Shown one piece after another: positions 1 through 13,142 of a stretch of DNA of 64,000 bases (within the stretch, counting starts at the first letter, position 1; every line of letters begins with the position of its first letter). A program made the translations under genes and the position numbers. Under the pieces are notes generated by a model. That model was not told the origin of the DNA. It searched no databases and was given only the letters and a program-made list of their open reading frames with translations. Source of the stretch: Eledone cirrhosa. Its lineage: Eukaryota. The stretch is taken from the NCBI GenBank assembly GCA_964016885.1, contig OZ024742.1, positions 266,228,001 through 266,292,000 of the forward strand. The letters run 5' to 3'.

Positions 1-271
1 CTAATCAGTATATACAACAGTTCGACAGATCTATAGAATAAAATATACATACCACAGAGCATTGGCCAACAGTACTTCTTCAAACTTCACCCACATCCTC
101 AGTGGTTTTCATAATAAAATCCACTGTTATGTTGTTTTTAACCTCGCCCACTGTTGTCCTCTTTTAGCTTCTCTGTCCAGATGCGAACCCCTGACCTAGA
201 TGTCTGTATATATAAGTGTCCACATATGCATTATCTGTGTATGTATGTATATATTATATATATCTGTGCGC

Positions 272-319
<48 letters not shown>

Positions 320-1292
320 ATGTATATGTATGTGCGTAACTTCTAATTCTACCCAACCATTTCGCCACTAATGAAAACGAAATAGAAATTGCAGCTTCAT
401 CACGCTCTAAATCTCGTTCAAGCGAGAGTTTCCCCCTCATGTGAAAAAAAATTTACATTTTTGTTTTATTTTTTCATTATGAAAGTTTGTACATTAAGAT
501 AAGGTTATATTATATGATATTTTGATATATTAGAATAATGTATATAAACTAAAAAAATAAAAAAAACGAAAGTACAGAGTATCCTGTGCTACTTAAAGTC
601 TCGTGTGAGCAGACGAGATATTACATTGTCAACACTTAAATTAATATACACGTGGTTATGCTGTCTGCCTGCTTTTTTTAACTGAATCTTTACCTACCTA
701 CCTAATTAACGCATTATCTACGTATGTTGTTTATATATTTATCACTTGGTCCCTATTATTTTACTTTATTTATCATTGTTTCGTACTTTTGTGTCATTCT
801 TTAGTTCATGCTTCTTTTACTAGTTGCTCGTTATTACAAATACAGTCGTCGCGCAGAACGAAAATACTCAACCAAGAATTGCGAATAGATATGAAAAATT
901 GAACAGGCTTAAAATACAGTACTATAGGACAAAGTTCAGAAATATATGTTAAAATATAATGAGTGTATAAGGATAACTCAAGAAAGACGGAAGTGGTATA
1001 CTGGGCATTGCATAAATACTCGTATGGCTCGCCGCCTCGAGCCTCCCATGTTATACATAGTCGAAAATGAGATTATCCATACAATTTGTTGATAAAATTT
1101 CCTTCGAGAGTTTGACGTCATTGTTTTTTTGCCTCAGTCTTCCAAAAAGGTCCCAAGAACATCATGTCAATTTAAATTATATTCAGTTCTGTTTTGTTAT
1201 TCTACAAAAAATGTCATTGATTTTGATTTTAAAAATTAATATATGATCTTAATACTTCTTTCAGGGGTTTTACTTCAATTTTATTTCACGAT

Positions 1293-1532
1293 ATGGGGAA
1301 TTTTTTTACCAAAGCACCAATTGTCAGTAGCCCAGAATTTGCCAAAATTGTTGAGAAAACCGTCCATGATAACTGTGTTGTAATTTTCTCAAAGACCTAC
1401 TGTCCCCATTGTAAGACAGTCAAAACGTTATTTGATAATCTGAAAGTAAATTACAAAACTATTGAATTGAACAAGAGAGAAGATGGTGAACAGATAATGT
1501 CAGCGTTACTAGAAATTACCCAAAGGAGAACG
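1293..1532 (+). CDS. GLRX2: Glutaredoxin-2-like dithiol glutaredoxin, coding exon 1
   Basis: MGNFFTK...DNCVVIFSKTYCPHCKTVK...QRRT. CxxC active site in the VVIFSK context. Phase-0 GT donor at 1533 (acg|gtaaat). An AG acceptor at 1263-1264 suggests an upstream (UTR) exon. Confidence 0.92.
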
Positions 1533-3171
1533 GTAAATTCATAAAAAAATTTCATTTAATCAGAAGCACAACATTTTTTTTTTCAGGTGCGTGCTTGCAC
1601 ATGTAGAAATATTTCATTCTTGATATTAACTTTCATAAATTGGCAGTCGTTGATTTTAAGAAACTTACTTCAAAGCCATGTTTCATTTGTCTTCTACTTT
1701 AACTTTGGGTCAACCAAATGCCCTGTAAGTGAACATGATAGACTGAAACTGTGAAGAAACCTGTCCCCCCACCATTATCACCACACACACACATTGATTT
1801 ATTTACAAAGCATTAAGTAATTTTTTAAATTAGAAAATGTTTGCTTTTATTTGAAAAGCTTCACATTATAAACTATAAATAATTGAATAAGTTGGGTAAA
1901 GTACTCCTGGGGTGAAGAAAGTGGACAGAACTGCCGGCAAAACTCAAACCACACACCTGTTGTATTTTTGTTATAAGCATTATGGCTATCACAGTTGTCC
2001 AGTATATGACAGATACATGGTTCAATTCAGATTCCATTCTTTAGTATATATCACTAAAGTTTTTCAAACTGCTACACTGCAGGATCCATTTTATATTGGG
2101 GGAAATAACCAATGTGACCACAAGCAATTATAAACTGTAGATATGTTTGTGGTGACTGATACATATATACATGCAAATACAAACGCGTGTGCTTACGAGT
2201 TTCTATCTACCAAATCCAATCACAAGGTAATTATAGGTTTGAAGTTATAAAAGATACTTGCCCAATGGGCCTGAACAAATGGAACTGTTAGCATGGAAAA
2301 GAGGATATAAAAAATAAAACTGAAATTAGGTACACAGTGAGAACCAAATCCAAACCTTGTGAATTTCTAATTGAAATTAAGGAATTGCTTATCTAAATCC
2401 AATTTAGAGTAACTTTACATTTGATTGATTTGATTTTGAATGCTTGGCTTGCTTCTCAGCTCCTGAAGACTTTTTTTAAACATATTTCAAACAGACTGAG
2501 CTCAAATCAAAATTCTACTCTGTACCTTGTTTAACTTCTCTGAAGCTGATTAGTAGTAAATATTGTTGAGCCTTAAGGTTTAATGTGGATAAGGTGAGTA
2601 CATAACTTAGTTCACGCATTTTTTTTTTTTTTTTAGTTCACTTCTCTTACACATTGGATGCGACCTACAGCTAAATACAGTATCATAACTGTTGGAAAGA
2701 CTGTTCTTGTCTTCAGGTGGAGGACTTAATTCTTATCTGGTGTAGCACCACCACTTGGCTCTTTGGGTGTCTTTATTGGAGTACACTGTTTTGGAAGCAT
2801 TCAGGCTAGATCATCTTCCCACTAACCTTGGAAACCCTGAAAAGTGCCATAAGCCTTGCCTTTCCTCCTTTAAGTAATAGAATGGAAAACAATCTTTGTT
2901 ACAGGCTACTTTAATGAACAAAGGAACCGCAATTAAGTTGTTCAACCTCCTATAAATAGCAGCCAAATCTCCCATGTTGGATAATGTAGTGTGTGATACA
3001 GTGTCAAAATATTGGATAGGGTCACCATTGTTGGAACACATCATTAGTATGCTCAATTAAGCTGTACATCCACCCAAAACTTGCCCACCAGTAGATGGCT
3101 ATAAACATTGTAACAGTCATTGCAAGCTAAGAAAATAACTACTCTTTTATTGTAGTTAAAACATTGTTTAA

Positions 3172-3359
3172 CCCTTTTATTACCACATTTCTAATGACAG
3201 ACATTTTCAAATAAATTTGAAAATAATGAAGAATTTGGAAGGAAAACTTTCTTGGTATGAAGCTAGTATTTGAAACATAACTTAACAAAGGTTCTCACAT
3301 AAATTATGACAGGGTTTTTAGATATATAAACAACTTGAAAGAATTTGATATGATAAGGG
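3172..3359. mobile_element. piggyBac-type MITE in the GLRX2 intron
   Basis: TTAA|CCCTT...AAGGG|TTAA termini (TTAA at 3168-3171 and 3360-3363). Confidence 0.6.
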
Positions 3360-3793
3360 TTAAAAGGCATTTGCTATTTGGTAAATTATTAAAAGTTATA
3401 TATATAAAGGTATATTTGTTTGCTATAAAATAGCATACATTATGGAATACATAAATATATTTCAGCCAACACTCATCATAATCATTTTAAACCCACTTTC
3501 TATGCTGGCATGTACTGAATAGATCACTACTAGATTGGATGGTGAATCAACACCAACCATACCAAGTGTATAGAGACATTGTGATGCCTGTACAATTTCT
3601 ATTGAATTTGCTCACTAACCTATGATCAGCCTGAGATTATAGCAGACCCCAACACACACTCAGTTCAATGAGTGATCAAACCCGAAACTGTGCTGCAAAG
3701 TGAATTTCTTAACTACTCGGCCATGCCTGCATATTATATCTGAAATAAAATTATTTTGAATGTAACTAACTACCTTATATATTTATATTTCAG

Positions 3794-3910
3794 GTTCCAC
3801 GTGTGTTCGTGAATGGTGATTGTATAGGTGGCTGTGACGATACAAAATCTCTCTACAAATCAGGCAAACTTCTGGAGATGGTTAGTGAATGTCATAAGGA
3901 ATCCAACTAA
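3794..3910 (+). CDS. GLRX2: Glutaredoxin-2-like, coding exon 2
   Basis: Acceptor tatttcag|GTT. Reads VPRVFVNGDCIGGCDDTKSLYKSGKLLEMVSECHKESN*, completing the TVP and GG GSH-binding motifs in frame with exon 1. Candidate AATAAA at 4276-4281. Confidence 0.93.
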   Translation, partial: VPRVFVNGDCIGGCDDTKSLYKSGKLLEMVSECHKESN

Positions 3911-6326
3911 ACATCCTAATTTTGTATTGTCACTTTTGACCCTACCGCACCTCGAAACGATGTACTGCAGCCTGCTGCTTGCCCCCACCACCTCTACTTT
4001 TCACAATCACGCTGTTTTTCAACTTACCTGTGGAACTGCTGTGGTTGACTGATAGAATTTAAAACAAATTTATTGTAATTATAAACTGATTTATTTGGAC
4101 TAGTCTACTCATCATGGGAGAGTAGCATAGTTAGTATATTTTTGTTAAATTTTGAGTGTGTTATCCCTGGGTTACTTTATTTATATATACTCAAGCAGGT
4201 AACACCACAAATAACTAATATGATGATATCTTTGGTATGGACAATAGAATGAGAACAATCTACCCCTGTAGTATGAATAAAGGGTTCAGTTCTAAATTCT
4301 GAAAACTTTACCAAATATAGCAAGCACCTGAAGAAGTGCAGGGGTTGGGTACAATGTCCAGAAACTTGGGACTATAACAACCTAGATGAGAACACCAGTT
4401 CAAATATCAGTTTACAGTAATTTATTCTCAGAAATTCAGACATAACTTATTATGAACATAAACAAGAAAACTCATGAAAATAATGTTTACCACAGTCAAT
4501 ATTGGTCGAGAAATTAACTAAACATAAAAACAAATGGTTTACATGTCAAAATGAAAGAAAAGAAAAATTTATTTTTCGTGCATAATGGAATTAAATGGAA
4601 TCAAATACCAATTATTTCTAATAGTTATTTTTTTTAAATTATTGTTTTGATTTTTGAAATGTCTTTGTCCATGAAGAGCTGTTCTGGGCCATATTATACT
4701 ATTGCCATCTTCAATATATCTGGAACTGGTATCTTCAAATAACCAAAATCATTTCTTTGCAAACACATGCTAAAATCTCTGGGTTTTTTTCACATGATTC
4801 ATCTTGACTGAGGAGAGAGTATTATAGTCTGGTTGAGCTGATTCAATATCTGAAGAATCTTCCACTTCACCCACATCACCTCTTAGCTCTACTTCTTTCC
4901 ATATTTTTATACAGACATCTAATGGTCACCTTTTATGAGACTCTTCATTTTTGTCCCGTTTTTTTTTTTTTTCTGGTCTGTGCTTGACTCGGCTGCACTG
5001 TCTTCATCTGTGAGATCTGGAATAAAAAATATAAAAATTTTAATGCAAGTATATATAGAAAAATTTCAAATCAAAAATGCATTTATGAACATAAAAGAAT
5101 TAAAATTCATATTGTATAATGTCAGTCTGAAAAATTGTCAAAGCTCACCACTATTATGCACATCCTGGTTCACAGCCATGTCAACTAGGAAAAACAACAA
5201 AGAGGCACTGATGTTTAAAGTGAATATTGTATCAATAATTTATATTATTTTAAAAGATTTTCTATTCTGGTCTTGCTTGCCAAAATACAAAATAACACAA
5301 TCAAGTTTCAATGATCCATTTTGAGTGAGGAAAAATTCACTTTTATTCCTTTGACACGCGATCAGCATTATTCATAAATGGTTAACTGATTGTATTTCCT
5401 TATCAGCGTTCACTTATGGTTGCCTGCAAGACCATTTTACAATTCAAATATCTACAGGTGAACTCTCCCTGAGACTTTGCTGGCCTTGTGTTTGCTAATT
5501 TTGGATATTACAAAAGGAATTATATAGCATTAATTTAACACATGACAGAGGCTTCTTAATGCCTCATACTTGTCAGAAATCTTAACTTGAAAAAAGGTGC
5601 CATTTCTGCAAAAGTTTAAATGCCTGAGTGGCCCAACTTAAAAAAAATTGAAAATAGAATGTGTAAAATTGACTTATCTGGAATAGGTATGGGGTTTAAA
5701 GTTTTCATGAGATACTTCAAAAATTACTTCTGCTTGCTTGTTCTCAAAAAGCTTGCAATGTGATGTACACTTTTAATGGTTTTGAGAGAGAAAAATCAAT
5801 CACATAAGCCAGTTGTCTGACTCTGAGCTGCACTATTTTGAGTCACCATTAAGCTGTCCTGTTCACCACTGTGATGCTGTGTGGTGTCAACATATACTAA
5901 TTAGATTAACTGCTGAGTTTCAGTTTAGTCCCAATAAAATGAGAATCTAGTTGTGTGAGTAATTTTTTTTCTCTCATTGGATTGGTGACCTGTGGAACTT
6001 AAAATTTTGATAACATTAATGCAACTCAGTGTGGGTAGTTGGTTTCCTGTTTGATCCTTGGACACATCTGAATTTTTATATACACAATTAAAAGGAAGTA
6101 AAAGTGCCAGGCACAGTATGAATGTTAAAACATTTCATGCCACATTGATTACCTCAAATGATGTGCTAATCTACAGGGCAGATGAACACCATTGCCTAAC
6201 ATAAACATCAAATTTCAAGTTAAATTTCTCAGCTTTTTGATCTGATCTGAGAAGAAAACTGGATTTTGGATGGGTGCAATGCTCAATAGCCATATTGGAT
6301 GAAATAGCCTGTGTGACTGGTTAGAT

Positions 6327-6876
6327 TGTGGCAAGCTACTTTCCTTTGGCTAAGTTAAGCCAATTGCTGTCTGCATAGGGATATGTATTTTCAATTTCTG
6401 CCCGAACGAAGAATTTCCCGCTTCTTTTAATAAATTCGATCTCTTTGCATGTCAACTGCATAAGGTAAACACCTATTCTTATTTTGCTCTGCAACCAACA
6501 GCCAATATGTAACGACAACAATAACTACGGGCCTAGCTAACACCTCAGCCAGTTGACTGTACCTGCTAAACCTTAATTTTGTTTTATTTCATTTGTTTGG
6601 CATGCCAGCTTAATCCAGCTCTTAACCTTTGTTAATAAATGATGTAAATACATGCTAAAGTCCTGTGATGCTATTTGCCTTTAAATGTGATATGGAAAGA
6701 TTCTTTCCAGGGTTATATTCACAGCAGTAACAGAACTGAGACAGCTGAACCTCAATTCAAATTACATGTATCGGTATAGCAAACCATACCTTTCCAATTA
6801 CAAACAAATACATTATTGTTACATATTCTGGTTACATATTACTTGCTGCTATCTTGGTGAACTTTTGTTGATACAT
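6327..6876 (+). mobile_element. Old LTR-like repeat, homologous to 33500-34095 (opposite strand)
   Basis: Colinear similarity by eye over ~550 bp (e.g. TTTGGCTAAGTTAAGCCAAT, ATAACTACGGGCCT, ATGTGATATGGAAAGATTCTTTCCAG). Starts TGT; ends TGCTGCTAT followed by PBS-like TGGTGA. Confidence 0.65.
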
Positions 6877-7059
6877 ACACTATACAATACACATACAAAT
6901 AACTGCTATTATCCATAATTCTTTTTAACTGCTTCAAGATGCTTCAACCACCTACACCAGTATGGATGTTTGACACCATCACAACCTCAATACACACACA
7001 CACACACACACACACTCTACTCTACAACATACTCTTTCAAGACAAAAGGGCCAGAAAGT

Positions 7060-8900
7060 ATAACTTGAAGGTGTTAAATGAGGAGAGTATGAATAGATGT
7101 GAAAAAAACTGATAGTATAGTAGGGGACGGAGACAAACAATGGTACCTGCAGGCTAGCTATTGGTATGGTGTTGAGCACCAAGGGTGTGTCAATTTAGGA
7201 GAGCTAGTGCTAAGTCTAAGGAGGAAAGAGAAAACGATAGAGGCATTAAGTTGGTTGATCAGGTTGCGAAGGTCACGGAAAGAATTATAGCACAGCTGAT
7301 TAGGGATCAAGTTAACCTAGATGAGATGTAGGTTGGATTTGTGCCAGGTAAAAGTACTACAGATGTCTTCTTCCTTGTGAGGCAACTACAGAAAAAGTAC
7401 CTCAATTGGCTTTTATGGAGATTATCTAGTGGGCTCTTAGAAAACTAGGAGAAGTCGAGTGGCTTGTGATGGCAGTACAAGCCATATATAGAGGAGCAGT
7501 CAGCAAGGTTAGAATTAACAATGACTATACTATAGAGAAGAGTTTAGCATGCAGGCTGGTGTCCATTAGAGCACAGTTCTTAGCCCTCTCATGTTTATTA
7601 TCATCCTGCAGGCTATGACAGTAGTTGAAGACTGACTGCCCGTGGGAACTCGTGTGCAGATGACCTAACCTTCATGGCAGAATTAGAGAAGAAATTCCAA
7701 ATCTGGAAGCCTGACCTAGAGTCAAAAGGTCTTAAAGTTAACTTGTCAAATACCAAAGCCCTAGTATGTAGAAAGGAAAACAGGGCCCAGATTCTCTCAG
7801 GGAATTGGCCTTGCTCAGTTGCAGAAAAGGGGTTGGTATAAATTCCATCAAATGTTCGAAATGCAAACTATGGGTACTCAAGTGATGTAGTGGGATCCCA
7901 GGCAGGCTAACAAAGAATATAGGTTTTACATGTGCCCAATGCACAGTTGCAGTAAGTAGCAAGAACTCACAGGAAACAAACTTCTTCAAATGCCCAGAGG
8001 GCTCTGTAGAAGTGGTTGATAGTTTCTGTTACCTGGGTGACCAAATCAGCAGTGGAGGAGGGTGCACAGTTGCCAGAGTGAGATCAGGCTGGAGAAAGTT
8101 CAGGAATTACAGTTAACTGCAGATTATATGATGCATGTATACGATTAGCAATGTTGCATGGTAGTGAGACCTGGGCACTCTGTGCAGAGGAACTGCAAAG
8201 ATTGGAAAGAAATGAACCATAAATGAACTGAGAGAGAAATGGGGCATAAGTGGGATCTAATGCAGTGTGCAGGAGAGGAGAGTGCATTGGTATTGACATG
8301 AGATGTGTATGAAGGATGACAGTTGTAAAAAAAGGTGCAGAGCGCTCAAGGTTGATGGAAGCTATGGAATAGGAAGACTTGGGATGAGGTAATAAAAACC
8401 GACCTTGTACAATTGCACCTCTCAAAGGTGATGACACAGGACTATGATCTCTGCCGCTATGCTGTAATACTGAAGACCTGTTTTCCCATAAGCAAGGGAT
8501 GAGGCATACATCTAGTATGCACCAGCTTCCCTCCCATACACCTCCCACATTGTAATCATCCCACCCACATCCTAACACCCCACCCTTAGATCTACCTCCC
8601 CATCCCCATGTATCTCCCCCACCTAAGTCCCCAATTTACACAATAAAGTGGTCATCTTGGTGCCACGACAAAAAGTGCCCTGCCCACACAGTAAAGTGGC
8701 AATGTAGGTCATGACAAAAAGCACCCAGCACACACTGTAAATGTGGTTAGCATTAAGAAGGGCATCCAGCTATAGAAACCAAGCTAAAATCAGTTCTGTG
8801 TGAACAAAACATGGTCTTCTGACCTAGCTTGTCACACAATGAGACAGTTTGTCTAACCCATGCTAGCATGGAAAATGGACATTAAACGATCATGATGATG
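7060..8900 (+). mobile_element. Degenerate RTE-clade LINE (RT with internal PHD finger, 3' UTR, (GAT)n tail)
   Basis: Frame-broken RT motifs GFVPGKSTTD..FLVRQLQ, SPLMFIIIL, ADDL, FCYLGDQI, MLHGSETW. 3' end shared with 10840-11808 and 47670-48650. Confidence 0.85.
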
Positions 8901-9016
8901 ATATGTGTGTGTGTGTGTGTTTAATTAAGAATGGTGTTTCAAAGAAGATCATAAAAAACAGTTAAATAAGGTACTCAATATGTTAGAGAAGAAGCTTATA
9001 TATATATATATATATA

Positions 9017-9188
9017 TCATCATCATCATCATCATCACCGTTTTACGTCCGTTCTTCCACGCTAGCATGGGTTAGACGGGTTGTCCTGTTGTGGGCAGTG
9101 TCCGGTCGGCTGACCATGCCTTGCTCATACGGGAACTGATTCTGGCTTGATTTCTACAGCTGGATGCCCTTCCTAACACCCTAACAAC
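9017..9188 (-). mobile_element. 3'-tail fragment of the RTE/SINE family
   Basis: (CAT)n then ccgttttacgtccgttcttccacgctagcatgggttagacgg, near-identical to 10855-11000. Confidence 0.8.
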
Positions 9189-9280
9189 ATATATATATAT
9201 ATACATATTTCATCATCATCGTTTAACGTCCAATTGCCACGCTATATATATACACACACACACACACAATACATATATAT

Positions 9281-9447
9281 AGAGAGTATAAGAATAAATA
9301 AAACACTATCTATCACTTGGATAAAACAAAAGCCAACAAAATATTTATAATTTGAATCACATTCAAATTATAAACATCTTATTACTATACTTTTGGACCC
9401 AAGTGATAAACAATGTTTTATTATTTCTTCTGACAATTATACTCTAT
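9281..9447. repeat. Imperfect foldback (MITE-like) inverted repeat
   Basis: agagtata...tatcacttgg versus ccaagtgata...tatactct, with a central hairpin ttataatttgaat-cac-attcaaattataa. Confidence 0.55.
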
Positions 9448-9903
9448 ACATATATGTATATATATGGGTGTGTAGTTATGTATGTATGTAAGCTTGTGTA
9501 TATGTAGGTATATAAACTGTGTAAACGGTGCACAAACACCAACATAAAAATGTAAATGAAATGGAATAAAATAAAAAGAATTGTAGATTTTTTCACTGAC
9601 CGTCTACGAATGTATAAATTCTTTGAATTGACCTTACCTACCTGCCAACAAGAAATACTCAGTTATTGATTTCACTCTCACATCACAGAATACATACTCA
9701 CACAAACATATGTGTGTGCATATATATATATATACACACACACACATAAATATATATATATACACACACATATATAAATATATATATATATATACATAAA
9801 TACACTCACGTATGCATATATACATACATACATACATACATACATACATACACCCGTCTAACCCATGCTAGCATGGAAGATCGACGTCAAACGATGATGA
9901 TAC

Positions 9904-9947
<44 letters not shown>

Positions 9948-10013
9948 ATATATTATATATATATATATATCATTGTTTAACTTCTATTTTCCATGCTAGC
10001 ATGGTTTAGACGA

Positions 10014-10086
<73 letters not shown>

Positions 10087-10276
10087 AGGTGAGTTTTATT
10101 GTGGTACAATAAAGCAATGCAGATATCGGATAAGAAGCACTCTACAGTTTGTAGGACTGGAGTATACATAATATATAAGAACAAAAGATGGTTAAAAGAG
10201 TTCCATGCACCTCACTATGCGCATTTCAAAAACAAATATCATGCAATAATATTTGTGTTTTCATCAAACAAAACAG

Positions 10277-10332
<56 letters not shown>

Positions 10333-10609
10333 TATGAAAGTAGTATTTTTCTGAAAATCTTGTTATAACATGAAACCTTTGAATTTTATTACTGAAATAA
10401 TAAAATATATGAAGTCCTATATAAAAAAAACAGCACGTGTTTCAAAAAGCATATTAATGAGGTGAAAAAGATCATGATAAATTTTCTATTACTCTCTCCC
10501 ACACCAGACTGGGTCATAAAATAGCCCACACTCTAATTATATGCATTATATTATGTTGAGATACAACAACATAAAGACATGACTATTTTTGATATTATCA
10601 ATATTGTTG

Positions 10610-10790
10610 GGGCAGTATCGATAGAGGGTCGGATGCCATGCTTCTAGCATAGAGTTACAGCCCTTTACGATCGGAGTTCAAATCCCATCGAGGTTAACCT
10701 GCTTTCATCATTATGGGGTCGATAAAATAAAGCACCAGTAATGCACTGGAGTAATTGGTGGCCTGTGCCAAAAGTAGAAACAATTGTTAA
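10610..10790 (+). mobile_element. tRNA-derived SINE with Meta-like central domain
   Basis: A-box-like ggcagtatcgatag, B-box gagttcaaatcc, then gctttcatca..ggggtcgataaaata..accag. Same family as 23991-24188 and 29578-29756. Confidence 0.75.
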
Positions 10791-10839
10791 TGTTGTTGGG
10801 TCATTCAAAAGTTGGTGGAGTGATAGTGGTGGTTATTAT

Positions 10840-11808
10840 CATCATCATCATCATTATCACCGTTTTACGTCCGTTCTTCCACGCTAGCATGGGTTAGACG
10901 GGTTGTCCTGTTGTGGGCAGTGTCTGGTCGGCTGACCATGCCTTGCTCATACAGGAACTGATTTGGCTTGATTTCTACAGCTGGATGCCCTTCCTAACAC
11001 CAACCTCATTTACAGTGAGTGCTGGGTGCTTTTTCGTGGTGCCTACACGTCCACTTTACAGTGTGGGCTGGGTGCTTTTTTGCCATGGCACCTCCACGAC
11101 CTCCTTGCAGTGGGAGGGTGTGGGGGCATATTGTCTATATGCTTCCGCTTGTACCCATGGGAGGTCGGGTACTCTGTATTACTGCGTGACGCCAGAGGTC
11201 ACGGTCGTGTGTCATTGCCTTTGAGAAGTGTAATTGGGTAAGGTCGGCTTTTATCACCTCATCCAGGTCATCTTGGGTCTCCCCACTCCGCGGTTTCCAT
11301 CGACTTCTAGTGCTCTGCACCTTTTTATGCAGCTGTCATCCTTCATACGCATCACATGTCCATACCAACGCAACCGCCTCTCCTGCACACAGCATTTGAT
11401 TCCTCTTATGCTCAGTCTCTCTCTCAATTCATTTATGCTTTGTCGTTTGCGTACATTACTATTACACATCCATCGGAGCATGCAGGCTTCGTTTCTCTCT
11501 AATCTACGTAAGTCTTCCACCTTCAATGCCCAGGTCTCACTACCATGTAACATTGTTGTTCATATACACGCATCATACAGTCTGCCTTTCATTTTGAGGG
11601 AGAAGCCTTTTGCAGCTAGCAGTGGCAGCAGTTCCCTGAACTTCTTCCATCCCATTCTCACCCTAGTCATTGTTCTTTCTGAACACCCACCTCCGCTGCT
11701 AATTCGGTCACCTAGATAGCAGAAGCTGTCTACCGTCTCTACAGAGCCCTCCCAGAGATTGGTGGTACTTGTTTCCTGTGGCTGTTTGCTGCTTGCTGTC
11801 CCAGTATG
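10840..11808 (-). mobile_element. 5'-truncated RTE-clade LINE (RT C-terminus + 3' UTR)
   Basis: ORF 11254-11553 MLHGSETWAL...RLRWYGHVMRM...RGVGRPKMTW; (GAT)n tail at ~10840-10858. Confidence 0.9.
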
Positions 11809-11930
11809 GTTATATGTTTGAAATGATTTTGGTGTTGGTGATATTGTTGATAGCAGTGGTCATATTATTCTTGTTAATTATATATATATAAATATATAAA
11901 CAAAATGCCCCCCCCCCCCCCCCCCCCCCC

Positions 11931-12197
11931 GCAAGGTGGTCGTGGAGGTGCCACGGCAAAAAAGCACCCAGCCCACACTGTAAAGTGGACGTGTAGGCGC
12001 CACGAAAAAGCACCCAGCACTCACTGTAAATGAGGTTGGTGTTAGGAAGGGCATCCAGCTGTAGAAATCAAGCCAGATCAGTTCCTGTATGAGCAAGGCA
12101 TGGTCAGCCGACCAGACACTGCCCACAACAGGACAACCCGTCTAACCCATGCTAGCGTGGAAGAACGGACGTAAAACGGTGATGATGATGATGATGA
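11931..12197 (+). mobile_element. RTE/SINE 3' UTR copy, inverted relative to 10855-11108
   Basis: Reverse complement matches 10855-11108 with only a handful of mismatches; ends in (GAT)n. Confidence 0.9.
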
Positions 12198-12829
12198 ATT
12201 ATATTGTTATTGTTGTTTTAAGATTAACTTTTAAGATACTCTACGAGCATAAGGGGGTGTGAAGACATGTTTTCTTATTCCACTTTTTTATATTTTACAG
12301 ATGGATTTATTTATCTTGTCTGTACTATAGTTTCTGTTTTTAGAGATTAAGGAGTTGGTGGGTTGAAAATGGTGGTGGTTGTATTGGCTTTAGTGTTGAT
12401 GGTAGTTGAGTTAGTGTTTATTATAGATAACAGTAGTGGTGGTGAAGAGTGATAATAGTCTTTGACTACCAGGCAACTGCCTTTTATCACTTACTATTCA
12501 TTGATTATTCTTTATCTTTCCACTGCCTGAGATTTCACACACACAGAGATACACTCACGAACATGTATGTGTATACACACACACACACACATCATATATA
12601 TATATATATATATCATCATCATCAATTTACGTCCACTTTTCCCTGCTTGCAAGGATATATATATAATTTAAAATAGGGGACACGCAAGACAAAGACAATG
12701 GAAAAAATAAGGAAAGAAAGTCCATCTCCTCAGTCAACTGCTGGAAATCACTACAGTTTCTGTATTGATGTGCAGAGATGCTATAAAATTGGGTGAAGAC
12801 TCTTAAAAGTCTGAAAAAGAAGTTGCCAT

Positions 12830-13142
12830 TGACCGCTCTATGAAGAATTGAACCTCATTAAAAAGGCCACGGTGACCCTGACCACCAGGGCAAGTGCCCT
12901 CTCCCAGTTTTCCACCTTTAATTTACAGACACATACTCAGAGTAAGTCCATTCATTCGGGCCATTCTTGCCTCTCTCACCCATCTTTCAACAAAATGCTG
13001 GGAAGAGAGCACTTCCCTCTCTACCCTGATTTTCCTTTTGAAATGAAATTTGAAAAAGTTAATCAGGGCATCACCGAAGAGGTAAGTGCTCGTCTTCAGC
13101 CCTTTCAGACGCATCCACCATACTATCTCTTTCATCATGGCC
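12830..13142 (-). mobile_element. 3' end of an older Tx1-like LINE
   Basis: ORF 12923-13144 (KEIVWWMRLKGLK...FFKFHFKRKIRVERE) is homologous to the ORF2 C-terminus of the younger copies; 3' UTR matches 24500-24560. Confidence 0.8.

Noticed and set aside
154-440. ORFs rich in YIYI/VCVC (also ~9634-10368, 28183-28368, 29067-29413, 42326-42612, 45492-45713, 49762-49986)
   Set aside because: Translations of (TA)n/(TG)n/(TATG)n microsatellites.
640-1030. Candidate upstream coding exon for a mitochondrial presequence of GLRX2
   Set aside because: The ATG-to-GT candidates (658-721, 946-1021) have in-frame stops or the wrong phase for the 1265 acceptor.
3828-4052. 74-aa ORF in the ORF track
   Set aside because: Off-frame overlap with the true GLRX2 exon 2 and 3' UTR.
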